Assembly (NCBI GenBank): GCA_022340775.1
Contig: JAJDNH010000029.1
Span: forward strand, 1,653 to 65,652
Length of the DNA: 64,000 nucleotides
Origin: Acidobacteriota bacterium
GTDB taxonomy: Bacteria > Acidobacteriota > Thermoanaerobaculia > Thermoanaerobaculales > Sulfomarinibacteraceae
Reading direction: 5' to 3'
Below are positions 23,879-31,054 of the stretch, piece after piece (within the stretch, counting starts at the first letter, position 1; each line of letters opens with the position of its first letter). Under the pieces are notes generated by a model, which was not told the DNA's origin, searched no databases, and was given only the letters and a program-made list of their open reading frames with translations. Both the position numbers and the translations under genes were made by a program.

Positions 23879-24163
23879 TCAGAGCAGGCGGCGGCCGTCG
23901 ATCGTCAGCTCGTCGACAATCCCGACCACGACCGCCCGCACGGGGCCGTTCGGCTCCTCCAGCACCTGACGAGCGGAGTTGCCCTCGTCGAGCACGAGGA
24001 CCGTCTCTCCGGGCCCGGCGTCCACCACGTCGATGGCGATGACATACCCCCCGGCAGGCTCGCCGGTGGCGGTGAGAAGGTCGACGAGCAGCAGCCGGCG
24101 GCCGTCAAAAACCGGCGAGTTGATGGTGGAGACCACGGTTCCGGCAACTCGGCCGATCTTCAC
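23879..24163 (-). CDS. BMC vertex protein (BMC-P, EutN/CcmL family) 1
   Basis: MKIGRVAGTVVSTINSPVFDGRRLLLVDLL...VLVLDEGNSARQ is the canonical EutN/CcmL pattern. Confidence 0.9.
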   Translation of the reverse strand: MKIGRVAGTVVSTINSPVFDGRRLLLVDLLTATGEPAGGYVIAIDVVDAGPGETVLVLDEGNSARQVLEEPNGPVRAVVVGIVDELTIDGRRLL

Positions 24164-24435
24164 GGTCCGCCTCCGTCGACCGCGTCGACGATACCGACGA
24201 TGGCGTGGTCCACCGGGACGAAGGTCACCGGCAGGGCGAGCGACGCCTCCCGGCTGGCGACGAAGTAGACCAGCTCCCCGGGGCCGGCCATCGCCACTCC
24301 GTCCGCAGCCACCAGCGGTCGGCCACGCGGCGTGAGATCGCGCTCCAGAGGCTGCACGATGAGCAGCGGAACACCCTCGAGACCACGGTACGCGGTCGTC
24401 GCTACGACGGTGCCAACGACGCGCCCCAACTGCAT
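24160..24435 (-). CDS. BMC vertex protein (BMC-P, EutN/CcmL family) 2
   Basis: MQLGRVVGTVVATTAYRGLEGVPLLIVQPL.... It lies in the frame of ORF 24160..24951, starting at ATG 24435. 4-nt overlap with the downstream BMC-P. Confidence 0.85.
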   Translation of the reverse strand: MQLGRVVGTVVATTAYRGLEGVPLLIVQPLERDLTPRGRPLVAADGVAMAGPGELVYFVASREASLALPVTFVPVDHAIVGIVDAVDGGGP

Positions 24436-24436
24436 C

Positions 24437-25033
24437 TCAGCCGCTCCCGCCGCTGATGCGCTGCCTGAACTCCGGCGCCGCCTCCAGGTTGGAGAGCATC
24501 TCCTCGGCAAACTGCGGGATGACGACCTTGGCGACCAGGTTCTCTGGATGCTGGAGGTCCGCCACGGCAAGGTCGACGGCGGCTTCGACATCGGCAACGT
24601 CGCCCGAGAACACGCAGTACGCCTTGCCGCCAAGACGGTCCGCGAGACGGATCTCCAGCAGACCGACGTCGGCACCCTTGACCCCGCGGTCCGCGGCGCC
24701 CACGGTTGCCGCAACCGTGCGCGTCTCAACCACACCCAGAGCTTCGCCAACGACTCGCCCACGCACGCCGCGCAACGTCGATAGGACGTCGGGGTGGACC
24801 CCGGGTAGGAAGACATGATCGACCACCGCCTCGGCTCCGGCCGCCAGGCCTGCGGCGAGCGCTTCCTCGACGCTGGCCACGTCACCGCCGACCAGGACCA
24901 GGTACTTGCCTGGGTGGACGGTACCGGCGTACGCGACCTCGACCGGCGCACGCTTGACCATTGCGTCGCCGGCGCGGACGCCGATCGCGATGGAATCGAG
25001 CTCGACGAGAGCGATGGCCGGGTACATCGTCAC
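24437..25033 (-). CDS. tandem-domain BMC shell protein (BMC-T, PduT-like)
   Basis: Two BMC domains: AIALVELDSIAIGVRAGDAMVKRAPV... and ALGVVETRTVAATVGAADRGVKGADV.... From memory it is colinear with PduT, with TVHPGKY where PduT has TICPGKF. Confidence 0.85.
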   Translation of the reverse strand: MTMYPAIALVELDSIAIGVRAGDAMVKRAPVEVAYAGTVHPGKYLVLVGGDVASVEEALAAGLAAGAEAVVDHVFLPGVHPDVLSTLRGVRGRVVGEALGVVETRTVAATVGAADRGVKGADVGLLEIRLADRLGGKAYCVFSGDVADVEAAVDLAVADLQHPENLVAKVVIPQFAEEMLSNLEAAPEFRQRISGGSG

Positions 25034-26466
25034 ACGATCCGTAGGCCGCCGGCCACAGTCATTCGCCGCACTCGGGAGAAGCTCCGGGGACGGGTGAGGC
25101 CCTCGCCGGTCGGGCTGGCGATCGAGAAGGAGCTGTAGCCCTCGCCGCCGTCGCCGAGCCCGGCGAGGTTGGCGGCGTTGGCGACGAAGATGCTGACGTC
25201 GATCTCGCGCGCCATGCGGGTAATGGCGTTGACGTCACTGGAGTAGATCGAGGCGGTGTGACCACAGCCGCGCTCGGCACGAATCGCGAGCGTGATGGCG
25301 GCGTCGACATCGGGCACCCTTACCACCGGCAGCACCGGCATCATCTGCTCGGTCCACACCAGGCTGTGCTCCACCGGCACGTCGGCCACCGCAAGCCGAA
25401 TGTCGCCGTCCGCGCGGACGCCGATCTCGGCCAGTATTGCACCCGCGTTCTGTCCGATCCAGCGTGGGTCGACATGCCCCGGCCGCTCGCCCTCGCCGAG
25501 GTCGGTGAAGATTGTCCTCTCGAGCCGCTTGAGCTCGTGCTCTGCGAGCACGTAGGCGCCGCTGGCGGCCATCGCCTGCAACAGGCGGTCGGCCACCTTC
25601 GCGACCACGAATACCTCCTTCTCGTCCGTACAGATGAGGTTGTTGTCAAACGACGCGCCGCGCACGATCTCGTGTCCCGCGAGCGCGATGTCGGCGGTCT
25701 CGTCGACGACCACCGGCGGGTTGCCGGGCCCCGCCAGGATCGAGCGCTTAGGGGTCTTGCGCGCCTCTTCGACCACCCCCGGTCCACCGGTGACGAGCAG
25801 CAGGCGCACACGGGGGTGACGCATCAGGCGCTGGGCGCTCTCGATCGTCGGCTCCGGCACCGCGGTGACCAGGTCCGGCGGGCCTCCAGCCTCGACAATC
25901 GCCCGGTTGATCCAACGAATGTTCTGAACCGACACCGCCTTGGCCTTGGGGTGGGCGTTGAACACGACGGCGTTGCCGGCTGACACCGCCGCGATCGTGT
26001 TGTTGATGATGGTTGCCGTCGGGTTGGTGGTGGGGGTGATGGCGCCGATAACGCCGAACGGGGCGTACTCGGTGAGGGTCAACCCCCGGTCTCCGCTCCA
26101 CACCTGGGGCTCGAGGTCTTCCGGACCGGGCGTCTTGGCCGTCACCAGCATGTTCTTGAGCTTCTTGTCCTCGGTTCGGCCGAGCCCGGTTTCCTCATGG
26201 GCCATCTGGGCCAGCGCGCCGGCGCGTTCCCGCATCTCGCAGCGCACCGCGTCGATGATGCGGTGTCGCTGCTTCAGGCCCATCGTGCGGTAGCTGACGA
26301 ACGCAGCCCAGGCAGCCCCAACCGCCCGCTCGATTGTCGGGTAGATCCCGTCTCCCGGCTCAGCGGGGGGAACGGCGGCCGCCATCGGGACGGCGGCAGA
26401 GCCGGAGAGCCTCAGCCGTACTCGCTCGATAATGCCCTGAATCTCCTCCTGCGGTATCGTCAGCAT
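25030..26466 (-). CDS. acylating (CoA-dependent) aldehyde dehydrogenase, PduP/EutE-like, with N-terminal targeting helix
   Basis: Aldehyde dehydrogenase fold with catalytic-Cys context NNLICTDEKE. N-terminus MLTIPQEEIQGIIERVRLRL is followed by an Ala/Pro linker. ATG at 26466 follows GGAGG; the ORF-track start at 26520 is a GTG without an RBS. Confidence 0.85.
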   Translation of the reverse strand: MLTIPQEEIQGIIERVRLRLSGSAAVPMAAAVPPAEPGDGIYPTIERAVGAAWAAFVSYRTMGLKQRHRIIDAVRCEMRERAGALAQMAHEETGLGRTEDKKLKNMLVTAKTPGPEDLEPQVWSGDRGLTLTEYAPFGVIGAITPTTNPTATIINNTIAAVSAGNAVVFNAHPKAKAVSVQNIRWINRAIVEAGGPPDLVTAVPEPTIESAQRLMRHPRVRLLLVTGGPGVVEEARKTPKRSILAGPGNPPVVVDETADIALAGHEIVRGASFDNNLICTDEKEVFVVAKVADRLLQAMAASGAYVLAEHELKRLERTIFTDLGEGERPGHVDPRWIGQNAGAILAEIGVRADGDIRLAVADVPVEHSLVWTEQMMPVLPVVRVPDVDAAITLAIRAERGCGHTASIYSSDVNAITRMAREIDVSIFVANAANLAGLGDGGEGYSSFSIASPTGEGLTRPRSFSRVRRMTVAGGLRIV

Positions 26467-26576
26467 CGGCCTCCGTCCATCCGTGTCACCCTCCGGCCCG
26501 TCAGCCCCGGCCCAGTACACCCATGCTCAGCGACTTTGTCCCGCTAATCGCCCGGCCGGCGCCGTCATTGCCGCGC

Positions 26577-26891
26577 TCAGCTCGCCCACTCTCCGCCAGC
26601 CGGCGTCTTCCTGTACACCTCTTGGCCCCCCAGCTCCCAGCTGTCGACAATGGCCATGATGACCGCATCGCACGGCCGGTCACGGGTCGCCTCGGTCTGG
26701 CGTGCCGACGACCCGGAGGCCCACAACACGACCTCACCGAGGCCCGCTCCCACGGCGTCCACGGCCACGACGTGGCCGCCGGTCTCGGTGCCGTCCACGT
26801 CGAGCTGGCGCACGACCAGGAGCTTTTGGCCGGCCAGGCCCTCGTCCTTGCGGCTGGCAACCAGGGTGCCGGCCACCCGGCCGAGCAGCAT
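26577..26891 (-). CDS. BMC vertex protein (BMC-P, EutN/CcmL family) 3
   Basis: [30 protein letters not shown]...[17 protein letters not shown] 1-nt overlap with the BMC-H gene. Confidence 0.9.
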   Translation of the reverse strand: MLLGRVAGTLVASRKDEGLAGQKLLVVRQLDVDGTETGGHVVAVDAVGAGLGEVVLWASGSSARQTEATRDRPCDAVIMAIVDSWELGGQEVYRKTPAGGEWAS

Positions 26892-27202
26892 CAGCCCTTG
26901 CCCTTCGTCTCGGCGACGACCTGGTCGGTACGGCCGAGAGGCAGCACCACGTCGATGTTGACGTGCGGCCTCGCGATGACGTGGGTGGAGACGACCTCGC
27001 CAACGGTCTGGGCGCCGCGCACGCCCGCATCCACCGCCGCCTTCACTGCCGCCACGTCGCCACGCACGATCGCCGTGACGTAGCCGCCGCCGGTCTTCTC
27101 GTACGAGACGAGCTCGACCTTGGCCGCTTTGACCATCGCATCGGCCGCCTCGACCATGGCCGCGAACCCGCGGGTCTCGATCATCCCTAACGCCTCAGCC
27201 AT
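26891..27202 (-). CDS. BMC hexamer shell protein (BMC-H, PduA/CcmK-like)
   Basis: [60 protein letters not shown] is the canonical single BMC domain. Confidence 0.95.
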   Translation of the reverse strand: MAEALGMIETRGFAAMVEAADAMVKAAKVELVSYEKTGGGYVTAIVRGDVAAVKAAVDAGVRGAQTVGEVVSTHVIARPHVNIDVVLPLGRTDQVVAETKGKG

Positions 27203-27274
27203 TGAGCTCTCCTTTCAGAACCGTCGTTGTCAAGCCCTCGTCCCGCGACGCGGTGTCGAGGGCTGTTGGACTCA

Positions 27275-27916
27275 CTACTGCTCCTCCTGACGCCCCTCGA
27301 CGCTGTCGATCGCGGCCGCGGCCGCCCGCCAGCCGACGTCGATGTCACGCTCCTCACCGCCCAGGTAGACGCGGCCCATGGAGCCGAATGCCCGTACCTC
27401 GAGAATGTTGATCTCGGCTGCCTTCTCGGCCTCGTTGGCGGCCAGAGCTGCGTATGCCGCGGGCTCCACCTCGAGCACGTACAGGGTCTGCCCGGGAATG
27501 ATCATGTGCCCATGGCGCATCCGGTTAATCAGCTGTGCCTGGTGGTCGTCGAGGTGCCGGATCACCTGGCTGGAGAGGACCCGCGGCTTGCGCCGGTCGG
27601 CTTCAGTCAGGCCGAGGTCGGCGAGGATCGCCGCGCCTGCGGCGCGGGTATCGGCCTGCGATTGCGAGTGCACCTCGAGCAACCCGTAGTAGCGCTCGAC
27701 GATCTGCATCCCGGGACGCACGTGGGTCGCCTTCAGAGCCACGTCGGTGAGCCGGTTGATCTCGATGCCGGGCGAGATCTCGACGTACAGCGAGGCGTCG
27801 TTGGCCAGCGGTAGGAAACCCTGCGCGATGGTCCCGAGGAAAGCCGCGTACTGCGGCTGCAGGGAGTCGAGAAACACGTACGAACGAAGATCAATATGAT
27901 TCACCGGAGCCTCCAT
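27275..27916 (-). CDS. tandem-domain BMC shell protein (BMC-T, CcmP/CsoS1D-like double-stacking type)
   Basis: 213 aa. Segments [23 protein letters not shown]...[18 protein letters not shown]...[30 protein letters not shown]...GGEERDI. From memory these closely resemble cyanobacterial CcmP. Confidence 0.8.
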   Translation of the reverse strand: MEAPVNHIDLRSYVFLDSLQPQYAAFLGTIAQGFLPLANDASLYVEISPGIEINRLTDVALKATHVRPGMQIVERYYGLLEVHSQSQADTRAAGAAILADLGLTEADRRKPRVLSSQVIRHLDDHQAQLINRMRHGHMIIPGQTLYVLEVEPAAYAALAANEAEKAAEINILEVRAFGSMGRVYLGGEERDIDVGWRAAAAAIDSVEGRQEEQ

Positions 27917-28721
27917 CCTCGCCGGTCACGATGCGCACCCCCGCCGACGCTCCGATCCGGGTGGCGCCGGCCGTGATCATCTGGCGCACCTCTTCCGCGG
28001 TGTGGATTCCGCCCGCAGCCTTGACGCCCATCTTCGGGCCTACGGTCTCCCGCATCAGGGCAACGTCGAACACCGTCGCTCCGCCGGGGCCGAACCCGGT
28101 GGAGGTCTTCACGAAGTCGGCGTGGCCCATCTGGGCCAGGCGGCAGGCGACGACCTTCTCCTCGTCGGTCAGATAGGCCGCTTCGATGATCACCTTGTTG
28201 AGCGCACCGACCTCCCGGCAGGCGTCGCTGACACCGGCAACGTCCCGACGCACGAGCTCATGGTCACCGCCTTTGAGGGCGCCGATGTTGATCACCATGT
28301 CGATCTCGCGGGCGCCCTCGCGCAACGCGCGCCGCGCTTCCATCGCCTTGATCTCGGGGGTGTTCGCGCCGAGTGGAAAGCCGACCACCGAGGCCACCGT
28401 GACCCTGCTGCCGCGCAGGCGGCGGGCAGCTCGGGCCACCCACGCCGGGTTGATGCACACGGCGGCGAACCCGTATTGGACGGCCTCGTCGCACAGGCGG
28501 TCGATCTCGGCCGCCGTCGCGTCGGGACGCAGCAGGGTGTGGTCGATAAAGGCCGCCACGCTCGGGGGCACGTCGGCGCCGTTGCCGCAGTAGCCAATGC
28601 GTGCGGCACCGTTGGCGACCGCCTGCTCCGCATGCTCCAGGGGCTGTGCCGGTGCTCGGCCCGCCAGCTCCTCGAGCACCTGACGCGTCACCGCTTCGAT
28701 GAGCTCGTCACGATCGATCAT
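27891..28721 (-). CDS. deoC: deoxyribose-phosphate aldolase (DERA) with about 55-aa N-terminal extension
   Basis: Motifs [37 protein letters not shown] and FVKTSTGF (Schiff-base Lys context). N-terminal amphipathic segment [16 protein letters not shown]. Confidence 0.9.
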   Translation of the reverse strand: MIDRDELIEAVTRQVLEELAGRAPAQPLEHAEQAVANGAARIGYCGNGADVPPSVAAFIDHTLLRPDATAAEIDRLCDEAVQYGFAAVCINPAWVARAARRLRGSRVTVASVVGFPLGANTPEIKAMEARRALREGAREIDMVINIGALKGGDHELVRRDVAGVSDACREVGALNKVIIEAAYLTDEEKVVACRLAQMGHADFVKTSTGFGPGGATVFDVALMRETVGPKMGVKAAGGIHTAEEVRQMITAGATRIGASAGVRIVTGEDGGSGESY

Positions 28722-29272
28722 CAGACGTCCTTCGCTCGCAGATAACGCTGCTCAATATCGCAGATCAGGCCGACCCGCCGCGCGTGGCGGCCCGATCCCC
28801 ACGGTGTGGCCAGCCACTCGTCGACAATCTGCCGGGCCAAGGCCTCACCAACCAGGCCGCCGCCGAGGGTGAGCACGTTGGCATGGTTGTGCTCTCGGCT
28901 GTTGCGAGCCGTTGAAAGGTCGTAGCACAGGGCAGCGCGAACCCCCGGCACCTTGTTGGCCGCCATACAGGAGCCGATCCCGGCACCGTCGACCACGATG
29001 CCCCAACGGCAGGCACCCGCTGCCACCAACCGTGCCACCTCGTGAGCGAAGTCTGGGTAGTCCACCGGACCGGAGCCGCCGCAGCCGCAGTCGCGCACAT
29101 CTCGTCCCTGGCCCTGGAGGTGCTCGATCAGAACCTGCTTGAGCCGGAAGCCGCCGTGGTCGGCACCGATCGCGATCACCTCGGCCGCGTCGCTCGCGTC
29201 GCGTCCCGCTCCTCCTAGAGCCGCGTCCACGGCGCGGGTCACGACGCTGCGGATCTCGTCCTCGGTGGTCAT
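28721..29272 (-). CDS. rpiB: ribose-5-phosphate isomerase B (RpiB/LacAB family) with about 30-aa N-terminal extension
   Basis: Motifs [25 protein letters not shown] and [12 protein letters not shown]-terminal amphipathic segment [16 protein letters not shown]. Confidence 0.9.
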   Translation of the reverse strand: MTTEDEIRSVVTRAVDAALGGAGRDASDAAEVIAIGADHGGFRLKQVLIEHLQGQGRDVRDCGCGGSGPVDYPDFAHEVARLVAAGACRWGIVVDGAGIGSCMAANKVPGVRAALCYDLSTARNSREHNHANVLTLGGGLVGEALARQIVDEWLATPWGSGRHARRVGLICDIEQRYLRAKDV

Positions 29273-29318
29273 CCCTCCACCTCACCACCGGACGCCGGGC
29301 GCCACCGCCCTTGCCGCA

Positions 29319-29993
29319 TCACCACGCCCTCCAGTCGAGCTCCCGTGACCGCTGCCGGGGCGGGCTCGTCACACGCATCGCTGCTGGAGCGGCGGTCGGG
29401 TCATGGCTCGTGAGCAGCCCCAGGTAGGTTTGCAGCTGACTCGTTACTGCATCGAACGGTGCCACGCTGCGGGCCACCCGGGACTGGATCAACGCGCCCT
29501 CGACGGCCGACAGGACCAGTCTCGCCAGCGCCGTCCTGTCCGTGCTAGCCGGGAGCCGCTTGCCGACCCCATCCAACAAACCCTCCATCCTCTGAGCCCA
29601 CGATGCGAACAGTTGCTCGAGCTTCAACCTCACCTGGGAGTGGTCTTCGCCGAGCTCGGCGGCCAGCGTCCCAAGCGGGCTACCGAGGACGAACTCGTTG
29701 TCCTCCAGGTGCCTCCGGTAGAAGCCCACGACCGCGAAGATGCGCTCGATAGGGTCGTCGGTCACGACCTCTGCGGCCCCAAAGACCTCGTCCTCGACTA
29801 CCTCGCCGACGTGATCCAGGACCGCCAGCAGGAGGTCCTCCTTGGTGGGAAAGAAGTGGTAGAAACTGCCGCTGGTCGCTCCCGCCTGCTGCATGATCGC
29901 GTTGACGCCGGTTGCCGCGTAGCCCTGGCGCCAGAACAGCTCCGCCGCGGTCCTCACCAGCCGCTCCCGAGTTGTCGTCCGGCGTCCCGCCAA
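29319..29993 (-). CDS. TetR-family transcriptional regulator (first gene of the BMC gene string)
   Basis: HTH segment RERLVRTAAELFWRQGYAATGVNAIMQQAGATSGSFYHFFPTKEDL. TTG start lies 6 nt after GGAGG. Confidence 0.85.
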   Translation of the reverse strand: MAGRRTTTRERLVRTAAELFWRQGYAATGVNAIMQQAGATSGSFYHFFPTKEDLLLAVLDHVGEVVEDEVFGAAEVVTDDPIERIFAVVGFYRRHLEDNEFVLGSPLGTLAAELGEDHSQVRLKLEQLFASWAQRMEGLLDGVGKRLPASTDRTALARLVLSAVEGALIQSRVARSVAPFDAVTSQLQTYLGLLTSHDPTAAPAAMRVTSPPRQRSRELDWRAW

Positions 29994-30043
29994 GATCGGC
30001 CTCCGCTCTCCGACCGTTCTGAGTGGAACGATCTATACACTTC

Positions 30044-30072
30044 ATGATAGGACCGAAGAACGGGGCTGTCAA
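30044..30072 (-). promoter_or_regulatory. sigma70-type promoter TTGACA-N17-TATCAT reading into the TetR/BMC string
   Basis: The minus strand has TTGACA (30072-30067), a 17-nt spacer and TATCAT (30049-30044). A CGTTC-N6-GAACG inverted repeat at 30015-30030 lies just downstream and is a possible operator. Confidence 0.5.
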
Positions 30073-30288
30073 CAGCGGCCACCGGCCGTTCCTCACCGCC
30101 AGCTACTGCGCCTTCGAGTGGAGCTTTCTCTCTAACTGGTCGAGAGCTGCAGGCACCGACGGGGCCAGCAGCAGCGTATCGCTGAGGGAGCTGCAAACTC
30201 CATCCCTGATCGCCCTGATGCGGCCGCGGCATGCAGCCACGCAGGACAACAGCGCTTGGTCTCACGCAGCTTCTCTCTGGCGTGCATC

Positions 30289-30317
30289 TTGACAGGGAAG
30301 AATTACAATTCTATTTT
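30289..30317 (+). promoter_or_regulatory. sigma70-type promoter TTGACA-N17-TATTTT with an embedded palindrome GAATT-AC-AATTC
   Basis: TTGACA at 30289-30294 and TATTTT at 30312-30317 with a 17-nt spacer. The palindrome at 30300-30311 lies inside the spacer. This is an AT-rich island in GC-rich DNA, upstream of the second TetR/efflux operon. Confidence 0.5.
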
Positions 30318-30445
30318 CAGAACTCTGATTCCGATGCGCATCGCGCAGAGGGATCCGCCGAGTTGCGCGCAGTGACCCAGGCCGCAGAGGGACCACATAG
30401 GCAGGTCTCCGTCCAAACCTGTCGGCGGCCGCAGGAGGTTGTGAA

Positions 30446-31054
30446 GTGAACACGCGCCGAGCCAGGGAGAAGGCACTGCGCCGGGAGCTGGTGCTCCAGG
30501 CCGCCGAGCGTGTGTTCGGACGCCGCCCGTTCCACGAAGCGACCATGCAGATGGTGGCTGCAGAGGCGGACCTGGGGATGCAGAGCCTTTACGAGCAGTT
30601 CCCCTCCAAGCAGGAGCTCTACGAGGCCGTCATCCTCCACCGGGCCCGGACCTTCCAGGCGCGGCTGGAGGAAGCCCTGGAGAACCTGGCCGACCCCCTC
30701 GACCAGCTCACCGCTGTCGCCCGCGTCCGGACGCGGATGTTCACGGAATCGCCAGCCTTCCTGCCAGTGTTCCTGGCCGAGAGGGTGCGCTGCAACTGGG
30801 GGGTCAGGTCGCGCTCGAGCCGGCGCATCGGCGGCATCATGAAGGACGCAAGCCAACGGCTGGAAGGAATCATCGAACGAGGTGTCACGGTCGGCCTTCT
30901 GCGACGCGAGGACCCGGCCTTCCTCGTCCACCTCTTCAACGACACCCTCACGGCGGCGCTCTACGCCCACCAAACCAACCCACAGGAGGAGATCGAGACA
31001 TGCATCCAACGCGCCATCAGGGCCTTCCTCCACGGTACGGCGGCCGAGTCGTGA
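30446..31054 (+). CDS. TetR-family transcriptional regulator
   Basis: GTG start lies 7 nt after AGGAGG. HTH segment LVLQAAERVFGRRPFHEATMQMVAAEADLGMQSLYEQFPSKQEL. Confidence 0.85.
   Translation: MNTRRAREKALRRELVLQAAERVFGRRPFHEATMQMVAAEADLGMQSLYEQFPSKQELYEAVILHRARTFQARLEEALENLADPLDQLTAVARVRTRMFTESPAFLPVFLAERVRCNWGVRSRSSRRIGGIMKDASQRLEGIIERGVTVGLLRREDPAFLVHLFNDTLTAALYAHQTNPQEEIETCIQRAIRAFLHGTAAES

Noticed and set aside
23879-29993. The BMC locus considered as a horizontally acquired island or mobile element.
   Set aside because: No integrase, transposase, tRNA, direct repeats or obvious GC shift flank it by eye. The only AT-rich patch (30290-30320) looks like a promoter.
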